Assembly (NCBI GenBank): GCA_034667685.1
Contig: JAXDQU010000087.1
Location: 1 to 14,097 of the forward strand
Length of the DNA stretch: 14,097 bases
Reading direction: 5' to 3'
Origin: Thermoplasmata archaeon
GTDB lineage: Archaea > Thermoplasmatota > SW-10-69-26 > JACQPN01 > JAJPHT01
Shown here: positions 1 through 6,806 of the stretch, in pieces
Numbering within the stretch: the first letter of the stretch is position 1
Layout: each line of letters begins with the position of its first letter
Notes under the pieces: model-generated
Seen by the model: only the letters and a program-made list of their open reading frames with translations
Database searches by the model: none
What the model was told of the DNA's origin: nothing
Position numbers and translations under genes: made by a program

Positions 1-25
1 TCTGTGACCTCTGTGTCCTCTGTGG
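1..25. repeat. 9-bp-unit tandem repeat (TCTGTGACC TCTGTGTCC TCTGTGG), possibly truncated by the window edge
   Basis: TCTGTG recurs at positions 1, 10 and 19. The array is intergenic, just beyond the stop of the 73..993 gene. Confidence 0.7.
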
Positions 26-72
26 CGGGAGAGGAGGAGCCGCATCCCAGGGGGCCGGGAGAAGGCGACCGC

Positions 73-993
73 TCACGAGGGCCGCGTCGGTCCTTCGCTC
101 GCGTTCGGGTTGACCTCGGCGCGCACCTTCACGCTCGCCTTCGACTCGGGGCGCTGCGTGTCGCGCAGCCGGACCTCGACGTCGGCGGTGGCGCCCGTCT
201 CCGCGTTCTGCGGCGCGCGCACCATGAGCCAGAGGCTGCGCGCCTCCTTCGGCGCGAGCTGGACCTCGGGGAGCGGCATGAACGCGCTCCATCCCTCGGG
301 GACCGGGCCGACCTCGAACGCGGCGGTCATGGCCTGCGCCGTGGGGTTGCGGATGTCGATGGGAAAGCTCGTGCCGCGGCCGGGGCGCACCATCTTGAGC
401 GGCTCGGGGCAGTCGGCCGCGAGGGCGGGGCGGCGCTTGCGCACCAGGAGCGGGATCGCGATGGCGAGCGCAACGAGCACGACGCCCGCGATCACGTACT
501 CGATGGGGAAGTTGAGGTTGTCGAGGCCGGGGAACGCGAGGCCGCCGCCCTGCTGGAGCTGCACGCTGCCGGTGCCCGCGGCGGTGACGACGCACTGGCT
601 CACGCCCGCGGGGCACGAGAGCTGGGGGTTCGGGCCCTGGCAGGCGCCCGTCGCGGCGAAGTTGATCACCATGCTATCCTTGGCGTCCTTCGTCGCCTGG
701 ACGTGGAACTTCACGGAGCCCGTGCCGCCGGGCGCGACGGTCACCTGCTGGTCGCCGCTGACGACCTTCCAGCCCGCGGTGGTCGTCGTGGCGCTCACCG
801 TGACGGCCAGCGTGAACGCCTGGTTGCCGTTCTGCACCGCGACCGAGACGTCGCCCTCGCCCCCGGGCGGGAGCGGGTCGGGCGGCGTCACCGCGCCCAG
901 CGTCAGCGGGCCGCAGTTGGGCGCCGCGGGCACCTGCGCAGCGGCCACGGGGGCCAGAAGGGCGAGCGCGACCGCGACCAGGAGGAGCCTCAT
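73..993 (-). CDS. Single-pass membrane protein with two NEW3/COG1470-like Ig-fold domains, one on each side of the TM helix (alternative start 1020)
   Basis: Signal peptide MRLLLVAVALALLAPVAAA. Domain 1 has PPGG..QN..AGW..VAPGG and 4 Cys. TM YVIAGVVLVALAIAIPLLV is followed by RKRR. Domain 2 has RPG..RN..VPEGWS..LAPKE. Clear paralog of 1031..1867. Confidence 0.8.
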   Translation of the reverse strand: MRLLLVAVALALLAPVAAAQVPAAPNCGPLTLGAVTPPDPLPPGGEGDVSVAVQNGNQAFTLAVTVSATTTTAGWKVVSGDQQVTVAPGGTGSVKFHVQATKDAKDSMVINFAATGACQGPNPQLSCPAGVSQCVVTAAGTGSVQLQQGGGLAFPGLDNLNFPIEYVIAGVVLVALAIAIPLLVRKRRPALAADCPEPLKMVRPGRGTSFPIDIRNPTAQAMTAAFEVGPVPEGWSAFMPLPEVQLAPKEARSLWLMVRAPQNAETGATADVEVRLRDTQRPESKASVKVRAEVNPNASEGPTRPS

Positions 994-1030
994 CGGCCGC
1001 GCAGCCGCAGGCGCCCCCATGAGCGTTGCG

Positions 1031-1867
1031 TTAGGGGCTCGGGACCACTTTCGCGACCAGCGTGGCCGTGGCGCCCTCGCGCGGCCCGCGCGGGCTCTCC
1101 AGGCGCAGCGTCATCGTGGCCTCGCTGCCCGCCGGCGCGTCGGCCGCGCAGCGCAGCACGGCCCAGAGGCTCTTCTCCTCGCCGGGCTCCAGCTCGACGT
1201 CGTCGAGCGCCAGGTGCAGGCTCCAGCCTTCGGGCACGCCCACGCCCAGCAAGGCGAGACGCTGCGGCCGGCTGCGGCGGTTCTCGACGCGGAAGACGTA
1301 CTTCACGCTCTTGCCGGGCTCGACGTCGCGCTCCAGGCGCGCGGGGACGATGCCCACGCCGCGGCGCAGGCGGCGCGAGCCGAGGATCGCCACGAGGACC
1401 GCGACCGCGGCGAGCGCGCCATAGACGATGGTCGAAGGCGCCGTGAGCGGCTCCAGCGAGACGGGGACCGTGGCGTCCGCGCTGCTCGTGGTGAGCGTGT
1501 CGCCGGTGGTGCAGACGAACGTGACGTGCAGCGTGATGTTGCCGCGCTCCTCGCCCCCGCCGCGGCTGGGCGCCGTGATCGCGAGCGCGTCCGTGGTGAA
1601 GTTCTTGGGGCCCAGCGTGACCTCGGTCTGCGAGGCCGCGACGCTCCAGCCCGCGGGCGCGACGCTGGTGACCTGTGCCCGCACCGCCTTGATCGGCGCC
1701 TCGTTGACGTTCTCGATCGCGAAGGAGAGCGTGAACGATTGCCCGGGCGCGAAGCTCGCGGGCGGCTGCGGCATCGCGAGGATCGGCGACTGGCATCCGC
1801 CCTGCCCCTGCGCCGACGCGACGCCCAGCGGGGCGAGGGCGAGGACGAGCGCGAGGGCGAGGCGCAT
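1031..1867 (-). CDS. Single-pass membrane protein with two NEW3/COG1470-like Ig-fold domains, paralog of the downstream gene
   Basis: Signal peptide MRLALALVLALAPLGVASA, then APGQ..EN..PAGWS..LGP, TM IVYGALAAVAVLVAILG plus RRLRR, then EPGK..EN..VPEGWS..LEPGE. Confidence 0.8.
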   Translation of the reverse strand: MRLALALVLALAPLGVASAQGQGGCQSPILAMPQPPASFAPGQSFTLSFAIENVNEAPIKAVRAQVTSVAPAGWSVAASQTEVTLGPKNFTTDALAITAPSRGGGEERGNITLHVTFVCTTGDTLTTSSADATVPVSLEPLTAPSTIVYGALAAVAVLVAILGSRRLRRGVGIVPARLERDVEPGKSVKYVFRVENRRSRPQRLALLGVGVPEGWSLHLALDDVELEPGEEKSLWAVLRCAADAPAGSEATMTLRLESPRGPREGATATLVAKVVPSP

Positions 1868-1885
1868 GCGCGGCGATGAAGAGCG

Positions 1886-1897
1886 CGCCTTAAGGCG
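1886..1897 (-). promoter_or_regulatory. TATA-like TTAA inside the 12-bp palindrome CGCCTTAAGGCG, in a divergent promoter region
   Basis: TTAA at 1890-1893 lies 23-26 nt upstream of the ATG at 1867 and is an AT-rich spot in very GC-rich DNA. Confidence 0.5.
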
Positions 1898-1950
1898 TTG
1901 GCGAAGGACGCCCGCGAAACGTTCTTCCGGCTTTCTTGGACTGGCCGCCT

Positions 1951-4137
1951 GTGCGCGCGCTCCTGGCCGCCTCGCTCCTTCTCGCCGCGCTCCTGCCTCC
2001 GATGGCCGCGGCCGCGAGCACCGTGACGACGGACATGCTCGTGGACGTCGTCGACGCGGACCACGTGCTGCTCGAAGAGACGCTCACCGAGCACGACCAG
2101 CACTTCAGCCCGTGGACGCTCCACGTGCCCGACAACGCCACCGTCGTCGAGGCGCACGATGCGCAGGGCTTCCTGGGCAACGTCACGAACGCGGATGGCA
2201 CGGTCACCATCAAGACGCCCAACCGCAACGTGCCGCTCCCGTACGGCTTCACCGTCACGTTCGCCAAGGCGCCCGAGGGCTACGGCGCGCTGCGCTCCGT
2301 CTTCGCGGGCGTGGGCAACGCCGGGGGCGCGAGCACGCTGCACGTCCGGCTCCCCGCGGGCTGGACGCTCGTGGGGGAGCAGGCGCAGCCCGCGATGCAG
2401 CCCGACGCGCAGGGCATCTACACCGCGCAGGAGGCGTTCGGCGCCACCTTCGCGTACCTGCCCCCGGGCGTGGCGGACGCGGGCCCCGACGGGCGCGTCA
2501 CGGGCGAGGGCGTGCTGCGCGAAGGGGTCGCCAACCTCACCGCGTCGGGCGGCACGCTCACGCTCACGATGACGTACGACACGGGCATCTACGGCACCGT
2601 GAGCACGCTGGTGCCCGCGGGCGCGACGCTCATCGAGGCGCGCACCGCGTTCGGCCCCACCGCGTCCCGCCTCGTGGACGGCGATGCCGAGATCGCGCAC
2701 CCGTATCCCTTCGGCGCGGGGCTGGGCGCGCGCCCGGTCACGCTGAGGTTCCAGCTTCCCGCGCCGGTGCCCTTCGGCGGCGCGTTCCTCAACCAGTCGC
2801 TCAACATGCCCGCGGGCGAGGGCGACACCGTGACGCTCGTGGTCAACCTCGCGCCGGGCCTGACGCACGTCGCCACGCGCACCCGCGCGGCCACCGACGC
2901 GACCGGCCTGCGGATGAGCGCGCACGCGCCCTTCGTCGCCGACGTCGCGATGCTGCCGCCGCTCCCCGCGGGCTCCACCGACTTCGACGCGGGCATCTAC
3001 CACGTGCGCGTGCCCGACTCGCTCGCGGCGCAGGCCAGGGCCGTCGCGCTCAACGCCACCGAGCAGCTCGCCAGGACCAGCGCGTTCGCGCGCGGCGACC
3101 ACGTGGACACGCCCTTCTATCTCACGTACAGCGACGATGAGAGCATCTTCGCGCTCTTCAGCGGTGAGGAGGGGTTCTACTCGTCGGGCCTCGACACGAT
3201 CAGCATCCGCGCCTCGGACCTCGCCAACACGACCGCGACCCGGGTGGACTTCCCCGCGCTCTCGACGCTCGTCCACGAGACGACGCACGGCCTCGTCGAC
3301 CGGCTCGTCCCCGAGGGGTACGGCAACCTCTCCTTCTTCCAGGAGGGCCTCGCGCGCCTCGCGGAGAATCACCTCGAGGTGCTCTTCCCCGACCAGGTCG
3401 TGAAGACGACGCCCACCGGCTGGACGCGCCTCTCGGTGCGCCCCGACGCGGGCGAGGTGCAATCGCGCTATCAATCGCGCGCGGCGTTCCCGCTCACGTG
3501 GAACGCGGAGCGCGCGGGCAGCGACATCGGCTGGCTCTACGACGACAGCGGCCTGATCCTGCGCGCCTACGAGGAGAGGAGCGACGCCGACGCGCTGGGC
3601 CGCGCGCTGGTTCACTTGGCGCTGCGCGGGCCGGGGCCGACGGACGACGCGGAGGCGCAGGCCGTCGTCGACGCGATGCTCAACGAGTCCGCCGGCATGA
3701 CCGCCGCGTCGCTGCTCTACCCGGGCGCCACCGTCGCGTCGTTGCCGGCCGGCTCGTTCGCGGCGTGCATGGGCGACCTCGTCGCGCCCCCGTTCCCGAG
3801 CGACCCGCTCCCGGCCCGGCCGAAGGATTGCGGCGACGCTCCGGCGGCGCGTGGCGTCGGCACGTTCAGCGCGGACGCGGGCCCCGTGCCGGCGCACGGC
3901 GAGAACTTCACGCTGCCCACCGCGCCCCCGCCGACGGCCTCGCCGGTGCAGCCCACCGCGGGCAGCGGCCCCACGCCCGTGCCGGTGCCCACCGCCGAGA
4001 CGCCTCCGACCGACGGTGGGGGCCCGACGCCCACGAGCGCCGGGGGCGACGAGACCAGCCCGATCCCGTTCCCCGCGCTGCCGCTCGTGGTCGCGCTCGT
4101 GGCCGCGGCCGCCGTGCTCGCGCGCCGCCGAAGCTGA
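1951..4137 (+). CDS. Secreted, surface-anchored zinc metallopeptidase (gluzincin, clan MA / M1-like catalytic domain) with a Pro/Thr linker and PGF-CTERM-like anchor
   Basis: GTG 1951 begins signal peptide (M)RALLAASLLLAALLPPMAAAA. HETTH at 3274-3288 is followed 18 residues later by E in FFQEGLA (3343-3345). A downstream Tyr occurs in WLYDDSG. The C-terminus is a P/T-rich stalk then IPFPALPLVVALVAAAAVLARRRS. Confidence 0.8.
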   Translation: MRALLAASLLLAALLPPMAAAASTVTTDMLVDVVDADHVLLEETLTEHDQHFSPWTLHVPDNATVVEAHDAQGFLGNVTNADGTVTIKTPNRNVPLPYGFTVTFAKAPEGYGALRSVFAGVGNAGGASTLHVRLPAGWTLVGEQAQPAMQPDAQGIYTAQEAFGATFAYLPPGVADAGPDGRVTGEGVLREGVANLTASGGTLTLTMTYDTGIYGTVSTLVPAGATLIEARTAFGPTASRLVDGDAEIAHPYPFGAGLGARPVTLRFQLPAPVPFGGAFLNQSLNMPAGEGDTVTLVVNLAPGLTHVATRTRAATDATGLRMSAHAPFVADVAMLPPLPAGSTDFDAGIYHVRVPDSLAAQARAVALNATEQLARTSAFARGDHVDTPFYLTYSDDESIFALFSGEEGFYSSGLDTISIRASDLANTTATRVDFPALSTLVHETTHGLVDRLVPEGYGNLSFFQEGLARLAENHLEVLFPDQVVKTTPTGWTRLSVRPDAGEVQSRYQSRAAFPLTWNAERAGSDIGWLYDDSGLILRAYEERSDADALGRALVHLALRGPGPTDDAEAQAVVDAMLNESAGMTAASLLYPGATVASLPAGSFAACMGDLVAPPFPSDPLPARPKDCGDAPAARGVGTFSADAGPVPAHGENFTLPTAPPPTASPVQPTAGSGPTPVPVPTAETPPTDGGGPTPTSAGGDETSPIPFPALPLVVALVAAAAVLARRRS

Positions 4138-4176
4138 CCCATTCGTTCATGCGGTTCGCCGGGGTGACGTGTCCCG

Positions 4177-4638
4177 ATGGCCCTGAAGAAGGCGGCGAAG
4201 AAGGCGAAGAAAGCGGCGGCGAAGCCGAAGCCGAAGCCCAAGGGCGACGACGCCAAGCTCGTCGAGGCGCACATCCGCGAGCTGGACGACTGGCGCGGGG
4301 AGACGCTGGGCGAGATGCGCTCGCTCATCCTCAAGGCGGACCCGGAGATGGTCGAGGAGATGAAGTGGCGCAAGCCCTCCAACCCGGCGGGCGTCCCGGT
4401 CTGGTCGCACGACGGGATGGTGTGCACGGGCGAGGTCTACAAGGACCACGTGAAGCTGACCTTCGCGATCGGCGCCGCGCTGACGGACCCCGCGCGTCTC
4501 TTCAACGCGAGCCTGGAGGCCGGCACGCGCCGCGCGATCGACCTCCGCGAGGGCGACCGCGTCGACAAGCGCGCCTTCCAGGAGCTCGTCCGCCATGCGG
4601 TGGCGTTGAACGCGCTCAAGAAGAGCCGCGGCAAGTAG
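4177..4638 (+). CDS. DUF1801 (YdhG-like) domain protein with a Lys/Ala/Pro-rich N-terminal extension
   Basis: Family-typical stretch WRGETL..R.LI..ADP..EEMKWRKPSNPAGVPVWSHDG..CTGEVYK..VKLTF..GA.L.DP..LFNASL...RRAID. Confidence 0.85.
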   Translation: MALKKAAKKAKKAAAKPKPKPKGDDAKLVEAHIRELDDWRGETLGEMRSLILKADPEMVEEMKWRKPSNPAGVPVWSHDGMVCTGEVYKDHVKLTFAIGAALTDPARLFNASLEAGTRRAIDLREGDRVDKRAFQELVRHAVALNALKKSRGK

Positions 4639-4639
4639 G

Positions 4640-4807
4640 TCAACCGCAGGCCCTTCTTCCGTGGTCGGCGAGCCCCAGGAGGAGCGCGGCCAGCGCGAGG
4701 AGCGCCACGTGCCACGCCGCGCGCGTCGGGCTCAGCGTGCCGCCAACGCTGCCGCGCCCGGCGAGGAGCTCGACGCCCACGAGCGCGATCGCCACCGCGC
4801 ACGCCAC
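4640..4807 (-). CDS. Putative small two-TM membrane protein (about 55 aa, not in the ORF track, start uncertain)
   Basis: Read by hand as (M)ACAVAIALVGVELLAGRGSVGGTLSPTRAAWHVALLALAALLLGLADHGRRACG*. G/C-ending codons dominate. It fills the gap between DUF1801 and queD, and its stop sits 1 nt from the convergent stop at 4638. Confidence 0.45.
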   Translation of the reverse strand: MACAVAIALVGVELLAGRGSVGGTLSPTRAAWHVALLALAALLLGLADHGRRACG

Positions 4808-4887
4808 GAGCGCGGCGCGCAGCCGGCCCGCGGGCGCTTGGACGTTGCGGGCGAAGGCTCAAGTCCGGACCCAGGCTTGGGCCGCGC

Positions 4888-5370
4888 ATGGCATCCATCC
4901 GCGTCGACGGCTGGCGCAGCGGCATCCGGTTCGACGCCGCGCACGTGATCCCGCACCACCCCAAGTGCGGCCGGCTCCACGGCCACACGTACGCCCTCCA
5001 CGCGGAGGTGCACGGCGACGTCGATCCCGCCACGGGCTTCATCCTCGACTTCGGCACCGTGAAGGACGCGCTGCGCCAGGTGGCCGACGAGCTGGACCAC
5101 CACGTCCTCGTGCAGACGCGCAGCCCGCACTTCGACGTGAAGGAGTCGGCCGAGGGCGTCGAGTTCGTGATCGCCAAGAAACGCTATCACGTGCCCAAGC
5201 CCGACGCGCTGCTGCTGCCCCTCGACGCGACCACGGCGGAATCGCTCGCCGAGCACGTCGCGGACCGGCTCATGGCCATCGTGGCGTTCCCCGCGACCGC
5301 GAAGCGCCTCGACGTGGGCATCGACGAGACGTACGGAAAAGGTGCTTGGGCGAGCCGAACGCTCGGATAG
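4888..5370 (+). CDS. queD: 6-carboxy-5,6,7,8-tetrahydropterin synthase / PTPS family (preQ0 biosynthesis)
   Basis: FDAAH..CGRLHGHTY metal/catalytic motif, LDFG.VK, LDHH, TTAESLA and C-terminal DET. tgtA lies 2.5 kb away. Confidence 0.85.
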   Translation: MASIRVDGWRSGIRFDAAHVIPHHPKCGRLHGHTYALHAEVHGDVDPATGFILDFGTVKDALRQVADELDHHVLVQTRSPHFDVKESAEGVEFVIAKKRYHVPKPDALLLPLDATTAESLAEHVADRLMAIVAFPATAKRLDVGIDETYGKGAWASRTLG

Positions 5371-5478
5371 TCGTTCACGTTCTCGTTCACGGAGTACGTT
5401 CAACGTTCACGTTGTCGTTGCACGTGAAACGAAAAACGTGCGACGTGAACGTGCAACGTAAGTCGTGAACGTGAACGT
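5371..5478. repeat. Long imperfect inverted repeat built from GTTCAC/GTGAAC hexamer units between convergent genes; possible bidirectional terminator or REP-like element
   Basis: Arms 5378-5414 and 5441-5477 are complementary at 30 of 37 positions, plus 2 G-U wobbles. GC is clearly lower than in the flanks. Confidence 0.85.
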
Positions 5479-5486
5479 CTGTGGGC

Positions 5487-5759
5487 TCAGCGCTTGCCGC
5501 GCGTGAGCTTCTTCACGCTCTTGCGGCCCGACACCAGCTTCACCGGCATCGCCATCGGGCCCTCTTCCTTGAGCATGGTCGAGATGATCTGCTGCTGGAA
5601 GGCGTGGCTCGCCGTGTATTTCTGGCAGAGCAGCGCGCCCGCGTCCGGGTAGAGGCCGCGGCTGCAGAAGCCGTTCACCGCCATCGTCGAGTGGCCGGCC
5701 GCGCCGGGCGTGGCGGTCCGCCAGGCCGCGCAATTCGAGCACTGGGCCGTGAGCGTCAT
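5487..5759 (-). CDS. Small 4-Cys putative metal-binding protein (90 aa) with a basic C-terminal tail
   Basis: MTLTAQCSNCAAW...NGFCSRGLYPDAGALLCQKY gives CxxC...C...C. The tail is SGRKSVKKLTRGKR. ATG 5759 is preferred over 5801. Confidence 0.7.
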   Translation of the reverse strand: MTLTAQCSNCAAWRTATPGAAGHSTMAVNGFCSRGLYPDAGALLCQKYTASHAFQQQIISTMLKEEGPMAMPVKLVSGRKSVKKLTRGKR

Positions 5760-5816
5760 GGATGCATCCCGCTCCGCGGATGAGCGGCCCGGGCTCATCA
5801 AGGCATGGGATTTCGC

Positions 5817-6089
5817 CTACGCCGCATCCGCGTCGCGGACCACGACGGGGCGGGCCGAGGGTTCGTCGTCCTTGGGCTTCACCGCGCGGCGGCGCAGGCG
5901 GCGGCGCGGCGTCGTGACGAGGAGCGCGAGGGCGCCCGCGAGGATGGCGGCGTACACGACGAGGCTGATGAGGAGGGCGACGGCCGGGAACGAGCCGGTC
6001 GCGGCGAAGACGGCGACGCTCGCGAGGGCATGGGCGGCGGTGAGGGCGGCGAGGAGCCAGAGCAGGCGGGTGCGGGTGCGGGGGGTCAT
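5817..6089 (-). CDS. Small two-TM membrane protein
   Basis: Two hydrophobic segments followed by PRRRLRRR. Its ATG overlaps the upstream TGA (ATGA, 6086-6089). Confidence 0.7.
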   Translation of the reverse strand: MTPRTRTRLLWLLAALTAAHALASVAVFAATGSFPAVALLISLVVYAAILAGALALLVTTPRRRLRRRAVKPKDDEPSARPVVVRDADAA

Positions 6090-6733
6090 GGACGGCCTCC
6101 GAGGCGGACGACGAAGAGGGTGACGAGGAGCGTGCCGGTGCCGGCGGACAGGCTCGCGAGCCAGCGCGCGGCGTCGGACCCGGCGAGGCCCGCGGCCGCG
6201 GCGCCCGCGCCGCCGGCGGCGCCGAAGAGCGCGAAGAGGCCGAAGAACGACGCCTCGCGCGCGGCGGAGACGCCCCCATCGTGGCCCGTGCTGTCAAGCG
6301 AGACGGGGTCCGCGGGCGCGGGCGCGACGGTGAAGGTCGCCTCGGCGGAGGCTCCGTCGCCCGGAAGCGCGAGCAGGTCGGCGCGCTGGACGCGGACGGT
6401 GTAGTTGCCCGGCGCGGCGGGCGCGGCGAACTCCCAGGCGTAGGCGTGCCCGGCGGGGAGGACGCCCACGTCCACGAGCTGCGGCGCGCCCTCGCAGGGC
6501 TGCGCGCGCGAGGCGTTGGGCCCCTCCAGCGTGCAGGTGACGCCGCGCTCCACGGCCACGTCGAGGAGGCCCGAGCCGTTCACGACGAACACGAGGCGCA
6601 CGGTCGCGCCGGGCGCCGCCTGGGCCGGGTCGGCGCGTGCCCAGGCTTCGGCGGCCTGGGCTGCCGGAACGCCAAGAAGGAGCAGCGCGAGCCCTGTGGG
6701 GAGGGCCCAAGCGCGGGTGCGGACCGCGGACAT
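6086..6733 (-). CDS. Exported beta-sandwich (Ig-like) protein with C-terminal membrane segments
   Basis: Signal peptide ending PAAQA. P..A.PGATV.L and WEFAAPAAPGNYTVRV are typical Ig-like strand motifs. It has one Cys pair and two hydrophobic C-terminal segments. GGTGAGG SD-like site upstream. Confidence 0.7.
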   Translation of the reverse strand: MSAVRTRAWALPTGLALLLLGVPAAQAAEAWARADPAQAAPGATVRLVFVVNGSGLLDVAVERGVTCTLEGPNASRAQPCEGAPQLVDVGVLPAGHAYAWEFAAPAAPGNYTVRVQRADLLALPGDGASAEATFTVAPAPADPVSLDSTGHDGGVSAAREASFFGLFALFGAAGGAGAAAAGLAGSDAARWLASLSAGTGTLLVTLFVVRLGGRP

Positions 6734-6806
6734 GGACGGGCCCTCACCACCGGTGGGTGGACTTAACCCTTCAGGAGCGGGCCTGCATCGCCCGGGTGGG
6801 GGTTGG

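Noticed and set aside
3900..4240. Low-complexity DNA repeats (CCCACG/CCGACG, AAGAAGGCG, AAGCCG)
   Set aside because: They are explained by the encoded Pro/Thr linker and Lys/Ala/Pro tail.
4810..4887. preQ1 riboswitch upstream of queD
   Set aside because: No preQ1-like stem-loop with an A-rich tail is present, and the promoter spacing suggests a leaderless transcript.
4..5468. Long ORFs 4..1446+, 110..1879+, 1303..3897-, 1428..3140+ and 3498..5468+
   Set aside because: They are Arg/Ala/Gly-rich or antisense shadow frames caused by high GC, overlapping well-supported genes and lacking motifs.
5371..5478. Possible CRISPR array or tRNA
   Set aside because: Units are 6 bp with no unique spacers, no cas genes are nearby and no cloverleaf is evident.
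5760..5800. Short palindromes and hairpins (GGATGCATCC, CCGCTC..GAGCGG) upstream of the 4-Cys gene
   Set aside because: They are too short to distinguish from chance in GC-rich DNA.
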